A stretch of 64,000 bases of DNA. It comes from Macrostomum lignano (Eukaryota). The notes below the pieces were generated by a model that was not told the origin of the DNA, searched no databases, and worked only from the letters and a program-made list of their open reading frames with translations. The position numbers and the translations under genes were made by a program. The stretch lies in contig NIVC01000365.1 of NCBI GenBank assembly GCA_002269645.1, forward strand, positions 186,001-250,000, in the 5' to 3' direction. The number at the start of each line of letters is the position of its first letter. Position 1 is the first letter of the stretch. This document shows positions 43,045-54,600 of this stretch, piece after piece.

Positions 43045-45462
43045 ATGCCTTCGCTGAATGCCAGCTGGCGGACCCTCCCGGCGCCTGCGGCTTACCCGGA
43101 GGGCCGGTTGATCTCCTACGATGAGCTGGGCAGATTCTATCGCAGCAACTCGGTGAAGTCGAGAGTCGAGCAGCTGCACTATGATCCGTGGGACGGCGCC
43201 AGGACGGCGCTGTGCCTGCTGGCGATGCTCGGCCTGCTGGGGCTCGGCGCGCTCGTCTGCCGGCTCCGCGACTGGCTGCTCAGGCGGCGGCACCTGCGGC
43301 TGCTCGGCCAGCTGGCGGCTCGGCGGGAGGGGACCGCGGCACAGCTGACTCTGCCGCTGAGGCTGGGCGCCGAGGCCAGCTGCGAGACCGGCTGCGAAGC
43401 CGCCGCCGCTGCCGAGGGAGGAGTTGGCGAACTAAGCGACTGCGGAGTCGCTGGGAATACGAAGAGGTGAGACTTTTTGGGCGGGTGAGGAAGCGGGTGA
43501 GGAAGCGGGTGAGAGAGCGGGAGAGGAAGCGGGTGAGGAAGCGGGTGAGGAAGCGGGTGAGGAAGCGGGTGAGGGAGCGGGTGAGGAAGCGGGTGAGGAA
43601 GCGGGTGAGGGAGCGGGTGAGGGAGCGGGTGAGGAAGCGGGTGAAGGAGCGGGTGAGGAAGCGGGTGAGGAAGCGGGTAGGGGAGCGGGTGAGAGAGCGG
43701 GTGAGGGAGCGGGTGAGGGAGCGGGTGAGGGAGCGAGTGAGGGAGCGGGTGAGGGAGCGGGTGAGAGAGCGAGTGAGGGAGCGGGTGAGGGAGCGGGTGA
43801 GGGAGCGGGTGAGGGAGCGGGTGAGGAAGCGGGTGAAGGAGCGGGTGAGGAAGCGGGTGAGGGAGCAGGGGATAGGCAATTCTATAAAGCAGTAAAGCCG
43901 ATAGCTGGAGTGAAGTGGAATACACACAATATAGCCATAAAAAGTTCGGGAAATTAGATGCAGTGTGGGCCAGGGGATGCAGGAGGCTCAGCCGAATGGC
44001 GGGTTAAAGCAGAGTCAGCCCAGCTGATGCAATCGCATGACTGCAAATATTCAAAGTTACAGCAGATCAAATTAGATCAAAGCCTTCATGCTATATGATT
44101 AACGGCCGAGGCAACCCAACCCCGATCGCACACCGCATCGAAGTGTATTTAGCAAAGCTTTGCCATGCAACCGATGGCGGCCTGCAGCATTTTTATGTCA
44201 TACATCATCATTTGAAGGCTGCGATCACGGCCTTGAAAAATTTCTTTGGTCTGAATATTCTTGGACTGGCTCCGCTCGTCCCGAGCATTTATTTCGAAAG
44301 CAAAATACAGACACCCCACTTCGCTACGGGTGGCATTTTTATGAATTATGAGGGCTGAATTAGGCTTAGAATTAACAAGCAATTTCTGCCTTCCCTGCAG
44401 CAACAATCTTCACCGGCCACCCCAGCTTTCTATATGCTCTCTATCCCCATCTCTCAGCTTTCTATCCCGCATCTCCCAGTTTTCTATCCCCCATGTCCCA
44501 GTTCTCTATCCCCCATCTCCCAGCTCTCTGTCCCATCTCCAAGGTTGATACCTATCCCCCATCTCTCAGTTCTCTACGAGCGTATCCCCCATCTCCCAGC
44601 TCTCTGTCCCATCTCCAAGGTTGATATCTATCCCCCCATCTCCCAGTTCTCTACGAGCGTATCCCCCATCTCCCAGCTCTCTGTCCTATCTCCAAGGTTG
44701 ATATCTATCCCCCCATCTCCCAGTTCTCTATCCCCCCATCTCCCAGTTCTCTATCCCCCATCTCTCAGTTCTCTATCCCCCATCTCCCAGTTCTCTATCC
44801 CCATCTCTCAGTTCTCTATCCCCCATCTCTCAGTTCTCTATCCCCCCATCTCCCAGTTCTCTATCCCCCATCTCTCAGTTCTCTATCCCCCCATCTCCCA
44901 GTTCTCTATCCCCATCTCTCAGTTCTCTATCCCCCATCTCTCAGTTCTCTATCCCCCCATCTCCCAGTTCTCTATCCCCCATCTCTCAGTTCTCTATCCC
45001 CCCATCTCCCAGTTCTCTATCCCCATCTCTCAGTTCTCTATCCCCATCTCTCAGTTCTCTATCCCCCCATCTCCCAGTTCTCTATCCCCCATCTCTCAGT
45101 TCTCTATCCCCCATCTCCCAGTTCTCTATCCTTATCTCCCAGTCTTCAATGCCCCAATCATAATTTGGTATCGCAGCATGCATCAGTTAATCCCACTGCC
45201 ACGCCCCAGTAACGCTGTATTGTACCACTAAACCCCGTGTCCTCAAACTCGCAGCTACAGCAGCTCTGAGCTTCAGATCCCATCGGCCCGGCAAATCCCG
45301 GGCTCAGCCTCGGCCGAGTCGGCGGCAGCAAGCGACCAGAGGCGGCCCAAATCCCTGGCCGTGGCGGCAGACTCTGTGCTGGGGGACAGTACAGACTCTC
45401 ATCCCTCATCGCTCAGCACTCATCGACAGCTCAAGGACTGCTCAAAACTCGAAGCTTCCTAA
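43045..45462 (+). CDS. Small single-pass membrane protein of unknown function (~209 aa)
   Basis: Exon 1 43045-43466 (MPSLNASW...HYDPWDGARTALCLLAMLGLLGLGALVC-RLR) ends at AG|GTGAGA. Exon 2 45255-45462 continues in phase 2 to TAA. N-glycosylation sequon NAS; basic residues follow the TM segment. Confidence 0.6.
43482..45140. repeat. 12-nt GAGG(G/A)AGCGGGT array (43482-43865) and ~22-nt CCCCATCTCCCAGTTCTCTAT array (44440-45140)
   Basis: Both lie in the intron of the small TM gene. Confidence 0.9.
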
Positions 45463-46484
45463 CAGCTGAGGCCATTTTGAGCACAGTCGCGAGGCCGAGG
45501 ACCGTCAAACCCCTGAACCAAAAAATCGCAACTTTTTATTCCCAGAAATAGACTTTGTTGCCAAGGACAAATATTTAAAAAGTATTGACTGTACAGACAG
45601 TGCCGACTGAGATAAAGTAGCCCCTATGCTATTGTGTACTTTAATTCCTGTTGCCATAGTGACCGATTCGGCTTCATCAATTACATTGAGAAAGTCGAAT
45701 TTTCGCAACTCAGTCGCGTGTTAGTTAAACAGAATGCCAAAGACAATTGGCATTATTAAAATTAATCCTGATAACAGACAACCAGACACGCACATCACAA
45801 AATACTCATTATATTGTAGTCAACAGGCTATAATGGGCACTTTCAACGAAATGAAAAAAAAAACAATTGTATAATAATATAGACTCGGTGCGAAATCGTA
45901 CAGTACTACTATTAGTAGGAGTCCGGACATCACAGACGAAACTGAATCAGCAATAAAATAATAATAATAATAATAATATTTCATAGTTTCTGTGCCAATC
46001 ACGCAGCGGAGGGTAGAAACAGCGAGACAACAACAGAAAGAAACTACAGTTTAAACAGACCGTGAAACAGACCGTGAAACAGACAGTAAACAGACATGTC
46101 ACTAATGAGGACAGGCTAAGCATGAAACTGAAAGTTTTACGAGCTATCACCTCGCAACCAAAATAGCAATTATAACACAAACTAATAGTAATAATAATAA
46201 TATTAGTAACAGTAATAGTAAAATGAACAAAGTGCAAATCGATGAAACCACTGACAAACAGACAGCACTATATGCATGGAATTACAAATTTGGAGTTATC
46301 ATAGCGGCTATATAATGCAGAAAACTATAATTATAGCATACGTCATCAGCAATGGATGCAAAAAAGTGCTTAAAATCTGCGTGAGACACAGCAAATCCAA
46401 ACAACTTTATTTGCCTTTGTTATTTAATTAATACATCGTTTTTCTTCATCTTGAATTTCATTGGGTTTCGAACTTGAACACAGC

Positions 46485-46850
46485 TGTGAGAAGTGGGCAT
46501 CGGGCACTGAGACACACAGGTGAGAAGTGGGCATCGGGCACTGAGACACACAGGTGAGAAGTGGGCATCGGGCACTGAGACACACAGGTGAGAAGTGGGC
46601 ATCGGGCACTGAGACACACAGGTGAGAAGTGGGCATCGGGCACTGAGACACACAGGTGAGAAGTGGGCATCGGGCACTGAGACACAGGTGAGAAGTGGGC
46701 ATCTGGCACTGAGACACAGGTGAGAAGTGGGCCAGAGACACTGAGACACACAGGTGAGAAGTGGGCCAGAGACACTGAGACACACAGGTGAGAAGTGGGC
46801 CAGAGACACTGAGACACACAAGTGAGAAGTGGGCCAGAGACACTGAGATA
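46485..46850. repeat. 34-nt minisatellite GTGAGAAGTGGGCATCGGGCACTGAGACACACAG
   Basis: Period 34 (46486, 46520). Confidence 0.92.
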
Positions 46851-47094
46851 CTATGCCAAGAGTGCACAAGAGAGTAAACTGGTGTATTGAATATTGTAAG
46901 CGCAATGAACCAAAAAATAACGCATATGATTCAGCATAAAATACAAAAAAAACAAAAAAGTGAATGAACACAATTTGGAATCTATGCATGAACAGAACCA
47001 CACTTAGTGCTTTGACAACAAGACAGACAGGGGCTAAAGTTAATTCTGTTTGCTTTTCAATTTCCATCTATGCTGTCTTCAACCGTCTAGGTGG

Positions 47095-47453
47095 GTTGCC
47101 ATGACAACCGAATGGATGTAACTTCAAGATATCGGGGCACCCGTGGCGGCGGCGGTGTCGCCCTCGCCCTCCTCTTCGAGGCGACGCATCCGCTGCTGCT
47201 CCTCGGACAGCGCCTCGTCGAAGTTCTGCGCCGACTTGCTGCCCGCGATTCGGTCCTGCGGTGGGGCGCGGTTGGGGCGGAACGAATGCTGGTTGCTATG
47301 GCAACAAGCTTGGAATTATTGGCTTGGGATGGTAGCTATAGGAATTGCAGCGGTTGCTAGCGATGGTTGCCATGGCAACAAGCTTGGAATTGTTGGATTG
47401 GGATGGTAGCTTTAGGGATTATAGCGGTTGCCAAGACTGGTTGCCATGGCAAC
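47095..47453. promoter_or_regulatory. Cluster of four RFX X-box-like palindromes
   Basis: GTTGCCATGACAAC 47095, GTTGCTATGGCAAC 47292, GTTGCCATGGCAAC 47366 and 47440. Function untested. Confidence 0.4.
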
Positions 47454-48122
47454 TGGGCTCAAAGTGGTTAAACTGGGTGCTGTGGGTAGCGCTGGCTAGA
47501 GTGGTTGCTAAAGTAGTTGCCAGGACTGGCTGATTCAATGGTTGCTATGGCATGCGAAATTGCATGAAGGGGGAACAGCTAGGAGAGGCATGTGCGCTGG
47601 TGCTTTGTCTTTGACAGGCACATTGCATTTTACTCCTGCAACTGCTATGCAATAAAAATAATAAGCAATAAATTTGAAATTATGAAACTACAGAGGAAAA
47701 GGCATTCAGAAAGCTGGAAACCCCGGCGCGCTCTCGGCCGCCCATGCAAGCAGCTGGCATGCAAAAATTATAATTAAAACTGATTATTATTAACTAAGAA
47801 AGCTAAAACAGCAAGTACTGCAGAGGCAAAGAATAAGCGACTATGATTTTCAAAGACAAGCTATTGATTGCTAAATATGGATAAAACTGTTATTTAAAAA
47901 ACCGATGGGCAGACAGACAGACAGACAGACACAGAGACAGAGAGACAGACAGACAGACAGACACACAGACAGACACACAGACAGACACACAGACAGACAG
48001 ACAGACACAGAGACAGAGAGACACACAGACATCAGACAGACACACAGACATCAGACAGACAGACAGACAGACAGACACAGAGACAGAGAGACACACAGAA
48101 ATCAGACAGACACACAGACATC

Positions 48123-48189
<67 letters not shown>

Positions 48190-48214
48190 GTCAGACAGAC
48201 AGACAGACAGACAC

Positions 48215-48253
<39 letters not shown>

Positions 48254-48368
48254 CACAGACAGACACACAGACAGACACACAGACAGACACACAGACAGGC
48301 AGACAGACAGACAGACAGACAGACAGGCGGGCAGACAGACAGACAGACAGACAGACAGACAGGCGGGC

Positions 48369-48401
<33 letters not shown>

Positions 48402-48578
48402 CACAGACAGACACACAGACAGACAGACAGAGAGACACACAGACATCAGACAGACACACAGACATCAGACAGACAGACAGACAGACACTAAGACAGACAG
48501 ACACTAAGACAGACAGACAGACAGACAGACGAACAGACAGACAGACAGACAGACAGACACAGAGACAGACAGACAGAC

Positions 48579-48625
<47 letters not shown>

Positions 48626-51600
48626 CAGACAGACAGACACAGTAAAAACCCCAGCCGTCTGTCAGAGGCCCAGTAGCCAGGCGGTGCGGTGCAGGCAGCC
48701 GAGGCCCCACTCGGCCAGCCAGGCGGTGTCACCAGCGGCCAGCGCCACAAGCAGGTCGGCAACGCAGCGCCGCGCCAGAGCGACAGCTGCCCCGCCTCCG
48801 CCATCGTCCAGTTCATCGAGCTCAGTCAGCACCGGGTCAAGGCAGCGTCGCCGAAGTCGCCTGCGGGCAACGTCGGCCAGCCGGTCGGCCAGATCGGCGT
48901 CCTCGGACAGTGGCCGTCCAGCTAGCAGCTGGCCGAGCAGCCGGCGTGCGGAGCCAAGCCGCTCGGCCAGCCAGACGGCCGAGGGTCGGCAGGCCAGGCG
49001 GGCCAGCAGGTGGAGCATCGGAGCAGCGGTGCCTGCAGCGGGCAGGAGCTCGGCCAGTTGGCAGCGAAGGCGCCGTCTGTCCCGGACAGTCAAGCGGTCA
49101 GCCGCGCTGGCCAACAGAGCGGGCTGGACGACGGTCAGCTCGGCCAGCAGGCGCAGGCGGCAGTGGACGGTGGCGTCAAGTCGATCGGAGCGGGCCAGGA
49201 GCCGCAGGCAGCCGGCCACGCAGGCAGCTGGAGCCGACGGCCCCCCGGCCTGCAGGAGGCAGCGGGCGGCCAGGCGGGGCTGGCAGGCGGCTGCCGGCGA
49301 CTCGCCCGGCTTCGGCAGCAGCGAGGCGGCCAGCAGGCGCCGCAGGAGGCAGTCGCGCCAGACAGCCTCGGCCGCAGCGCCGGCGCCGGTGTCGGGCAAG
49401 CGGCAGTGGGGCAGCAGGAGGCGCCGCTGTGCGGGTTGACTGGCGCGGCGCAGTAGGAATCGGCAACGCGCCAGACTAAGCGCCAGACGGCGCGAATCGG
49501 CGCCAGTCAGCAGCTGGCGCAGCAGACGGGCCCTGACGACCGGCAGGCGGGTGTCGACGAGGCGGACGGCGATGGCGGCGGCGTCGGAGCTGAGCGGCGC
49601 CACGGACTCGAGCTGGCGGCACAGGCGGGCCAGCTGGCGGAAGCGGAGCGCCCTGGACAGGCGGCCGAGCAGGCGGACGAAGGCGGGCGACTCGGCGAAC
49701 CAGGAGAGCACGGAGAGCAGCGCCGGGTCGGCGGGCGGCGGCAGCTGGCGCAAGCTGGCGCAATGGTCCAGCAGGGCCAGGTGGAAGCCGCGCACTGAGG
49801 CCGAGCCGTCAACTGCCGCATCCGGAGTTGTCAATAATGAAGAAGAAGAAGGCTGGAACTGGCGCAGACTCTCCACGGACAGGTAGGCGAATAGATCTTC
49901 TTCATCATTGTCATGCTCAGCCATGAGTCAGCGCGGCAGAAATGTATTATATTGAAATCTATATTATAGTCAGACCAGACTAGATATAAGGCTGCACAGG
50001 TTGCTTATATATACAGTATATAGAACTCTCTTTATTCAATATCGATCGCTGATTGGCTAGGAGGGGGGACGAGAGGCAGAATTCTATTTAGGAAGTGTAC
50101 ACTAGAATGAATGTACATTGCCTGCCCCCAACCAGCACAGCCAACGAGTAGGCTCATGAGCTGTCCAAGAAAAGACGAACAGTTAAGCAATTAAAAATTC
50201 AATTAAAGTATAAAAAGGTTGCTAAAGCAAGCTCAGTGCAGTTAATCGTGCCAGACAGGAAGGAATCAGAGTAAATAATGAGTAACAATAGGTAAGACAA
50301 CACTGAAGGCTCTATGAAACTAATAAGTATAAAACTCTTGAAAATTTAAAAGTTTCCATCTCTAAAACAGTGCTCACTGCTCAAATTTTCTCAGATCGCA
50401 GCCTCAATTTATGCAATTCACTTTAATGATGTTTAAAGCAAAAAGCATCCAACCTGGAAGCCTAAGATATCTGATCCCTATGAGCTTTGGAACAAAGCAT
50501 CTGTGCAACCCAGCGATTTCCCACATGAGCCGTGACATCTTAGTAATTCCCCCACGAGCCGTGACATCTTAGTAATTCCCCCACGAGCCGTGACATCTTA
50601 GTAATTCCCTCCCCACGAGCCATGACATCTTAGTAATTCCCCCATGAGCCGTGACATCTTAGTAATTCCCCCATGAGCCGTGACATCTTAGTAATTCCCT
50701 CCCCACGAGCCGTGACATCTTAGTAATTCCCCCATGAGCCGTGACATCTTAGTAATTCCCCCATGAGCCGTGACATCTTAGTAATTCCCTCCCCACGAGC
50801 CGTGACATCTTAGTAATTCCCCCATGAGCCGTGACATCTTAGTAATTCTCACCCCCCAGAGCCGTGACATCTTAGCAATTACCCCCCCCCCACGAGCCGT
50901 GACATCTTAGCAATTCCCCCACGAGCCATGACATCTTAGCAATTCCCCCCCCCCCACGAGCCGTGACATCTTAGCAATTCCCCCACGAGCCATGACATCT
51001 TAGCAATTCCCCCCACGAGCCGTGACATCTTAGTAATTCCCCCCCGAGCCGTGACATCTTAGCAATCCCCCCCCGAGCCGTGACATCTTAGCAACCCCCC
51101 ACGAGCCGTGACATCTTAGCAACCCCCCCCCCCGACGAGCCATGACATCTTCGCAACCCCTCCCCACGAGCCGTGACATCTTAGCAATCCCCCACGAGCC
51201 GTGACATCTTAGCAATCCCCACGAGCCGTGACATCTTAACAATCCCCCCTCCCGACGAGTTATGACATCTTAGCAATTCCCCCCACGAGCCGTGACATCT
51301 TAGCAATCCCCCCACGAGCCGTGACATCTTAGCAATCCCCCACGAGCCGTGACATCTTAGCAATCCCCCACGAGCCGTGACATCTTAGCAATCCCCCCAC
51401 GAGCCGTGACATCTTAGCAATTCCCCCCACGAGCCGTGACATCTTAGCAATCCCCCCACGAGCCATGACATCTTAGCAATCCCCCACGAGCCATGACATC
51501 TTAGATAAACCTGCTCTAACATTGAAAGCTTATAGTGACGCAGCACAACACTGGATAGGCATGGCACAACAGTTCAAACCTGCACCTTTGTTCGCGTCTG

Positions 51601-54600
51601 CAATTAAGGTGTTGTCGCAAATAGGAAGCGGAGGTGAGGCGGGGATTTCAAATGCTGCAGTCAGCTGATGATGCAAAACAAAGCCAATTCAGAGAGCTGC
51701 TTTGGTCTCTATAGTAACTCACCTTCACATTGGTGTAGGCATTTCCAACTTTCTCCTCGAACGATTTAAACGCGTTAGAATTGCGCATTGATGACCATTT
51801 CTGCGAGAAGCTGCTAGCCATGCTGTGCGTGAGCTCTGAGGTCCGCTCCTTGGCGCCCTTGGCCGCGCTGGCCGTGCGCTGGTACCTGCCGGGTTCAGGT
51901 AAACACATCTAGTTATTGCAGCTGGCTTCTCCCGTCTGAAACATTGCTGACAGTAGAACCTAAATCAAACGTCGGGGGCTCGATTCCGGGGTTAACTGTG
52001 AGATATTCAGAGCCTTCTGTCTTCCTTCCTTTCCTTCCATCCTTCCCTTCCTTCCTTTAATTCCTTTCCTTCCTTTCCTTTCTTCCTTCCTTCCTTCTTT
52101 TCTTTCCTTCCTTTCTTTCCTTCCTTCCTTCCTTTCCTTCCTTTCTTCCTTCCTTCCTTTCCTTCCTTCCTTTCTTTCCTTCCTTGCTTCCTTTCCTTCC
52201 TTTCTTTCTTCTTTCCTTCCTTCCTTCTTTCCTTCCTTTCCTTCCTTTCTTTCCTTCCTTCCTTCCTTTCTTTCCTTCCTTCCTTCCTTCCTTCCTTCTT
52301 TTCTTTCTTTCCTTCCTTTCTTTCCTTCCTTCCTTCCTTCTTTCCTTCCTTCCTTCCTTCCTTCCTTTCTTTCCTTTCCTTCCTTTCCTTCCTTCCTTCC
52401 TTCCTTCCTTTCTTTCCTTTCCTTCCTTTCTTTCCTTCCTTCCTTCCTTTCCTTCCTTTCCTCCTTCCTTCTTTTCTTTCCTTCCTTTCTTCCTTCCTTC
52501 CTTCCTTCCTTCCTTCTTTTCTTTCCTTCCTTTCTTTCCTTCCTTCCTTCCTTCCTTCCTTCCTTCCTTTCTTCCCTTCCTTCCTTCCTTCCTTCCTTCC
52601 TTCCTTCCTTTCTTCCTTCCTTCTTTTCTTTCCTTCCTTTCTTTCCTTCCTTTCTTTCCTTCCTTCCTTCCTTCCTTCCTTCCTTTCTTCCCTTCCTTCC
52701 TTCCTTCCTTCCTTCCTTCCTTCCTTCCTTTCTTCCTTCCTTCTTTTCTTTCCTTCCTTTCTTTCCTTCCTTTCTTTCCTTCCTTCCTTCCTTCCTTCCT
52801 TCTTTCCTTCCTTCTTTCCTTCCTTCCTTCCTTCCTTCTTTCCTTCCTTTCTTCCCTTCCTTTCTTCCCTTCCTTCCTTCCTTCCTTCCTTCCTTCCTTC
52901 CTTCCTTCCTTCCTTCTTTCCTTCCTTCCTTCCTTCCTTCCTTCCTTCCTTCCTTCCTTCCTTCCTTCCTTCCTTCCTTCCTTCCTTCCTTCCTTCCTTC
53001 CTTCCTTCCTTCCTTCTTTTCTTTCCTTCCTTTCTTTCCTTCCTTTCTTCCCTTCCTTCCTTCCTTCCTTCCTTCTTTTCTTTCCTTCCTTTCTTTCCTT
53101 CCTTTCCTTCCTTCCTTCCCTTCCTTCCTGCTACTTCTGATAATTCGCCTGTTAAAAAGGCAACCAAACGCAGATATTCAATAGCCTACTGCTAGTAGGC
53201 AACACGAGATACTATGCGCTTTTTAAAACAATATAAAAAGCAAAAAAATTGAAGTCGAATGCTGCTGTGAGCTCAGTGGTGGAACCGGGTCAGATGGGAA
53301 TCGAGGAGGAGGAGGGGCAATAAAAATGGGGGAGGGGCGGGGGACTCTCATGGGAAGCAGTGGGGCAGAAGTTCAAACAAGTGTTAGGGGAAAAAGAGGT
53401 CCAGTGAAAGGGGAGCGAACGGAGCAGAAATGGGAGCTCAAGGGCTGGCAGCGGGACAAAAACTAGGGCTGCAAAAAATGGGTTCGCTGTGAATCCGATT
53501 TTGTGAAACAAAATTATTGGCTAATTGTGATTGCGGCAAGACCTGGCAAAGTGCAATTTTCCCTTCTCTCAGCGCGTGTCAGATTTCTAAGGGGTTCATG
53601 TTTGGGATCCTACTACTCGTAGATATTAAGGGCGATTCCTCAGCACAGGCTCAGGGGCGATTCTTCGAGATAGGCTCAGGGGCGATTCTTCAGGACAGGC
53701 TCAGGGGTGATTCTACGAGACAGGCTCAGGGGCGATTCTTCGAGACAGGCTCAGGGGCGATTCTTCAGGACAGTTTCAGGGGTGATTCTTCGAGAAAGGT
53801 TCAGGGGCGATTCTTCAGGACAGGCTCAGGGGCGATTTTTCAGGACAGGTTCAGGGGCGATTCTTCGAGACAGGCTCAGGGGCGATTCTTCGAGACAGGC
53901 TCAGGGGCGATTCTTCAGGACAGTTTCAGGGGTGATTCTTCGAGAAAGGTTCAGGGGCGATTCTTCAGGACAGGCTCAGGGGCGATTTTTCAGGACAGGT
54001 TCAGGGGCGATTTTTAAGGACAGGTTCAGAGGTGATTCCTCAGGACAGACGCAGGGGCGATTCTTCGAGACAGACTCAGGGGCGATTCTTCGAGACAGGC
54101 TCAGGGGCGATTCTTCAGGACAGGTTCAGGGGTGATTCTTCGAGAAAGGTTCAGGGGCGATTCTTCAGGACAGGCTCAGGGGCGATTTTTCAGGACAGGT
54201 TCAGAGGCGATTCCTCAGGACAGGTTCAGGGGCGATTCTTCAGGACAGGTTCAGGGGCGATTCCTCAGCACAGGCTCAGGGGCGATTCTTCAGGACAGGT
54301 TCAGAGGCGATTCCTCAGGACAGGTTCAGGGGCGATTCTTCAGGACAGGTTCAGGGGCGATTCCTCAGCACAGGCTCAGGGGCGATTCCTCAGGACAGGT
54401 TCAGGGGCGATTCTTCAGCACAGGCTCAGGGGCGATTCTTCAGGACAGGTTCAGGGCGATTCCTCAGGACAGACGCAGGGGCGATTCTTCAGGACAGGTG
54501 CAGGGGCGATTTTTCAGGACAGGTTCAGAGGTGATTCCTCAGGACAGGTTCAGAGGCGATTTCTCAGGACAGGTTCAGGAGCGATTCCTCAGGGCAGGTT

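Noticed and set aside
48684-49886. Multiple long overlapping ORFs antisense to or frameshifted against GC-rich exons (also at 16485-17227, 30416-33214, 55380-57159)
   Set aside because: Shadow ORFs expected from high GC3; no recognisable motifs.
49925-49975. Possibility that the nested 420-aa ORF is an alternative last exon of TPD52
   Set aside because: The nearest upstream AG is out of phase, and an in-frame TGA precedes the ATG.
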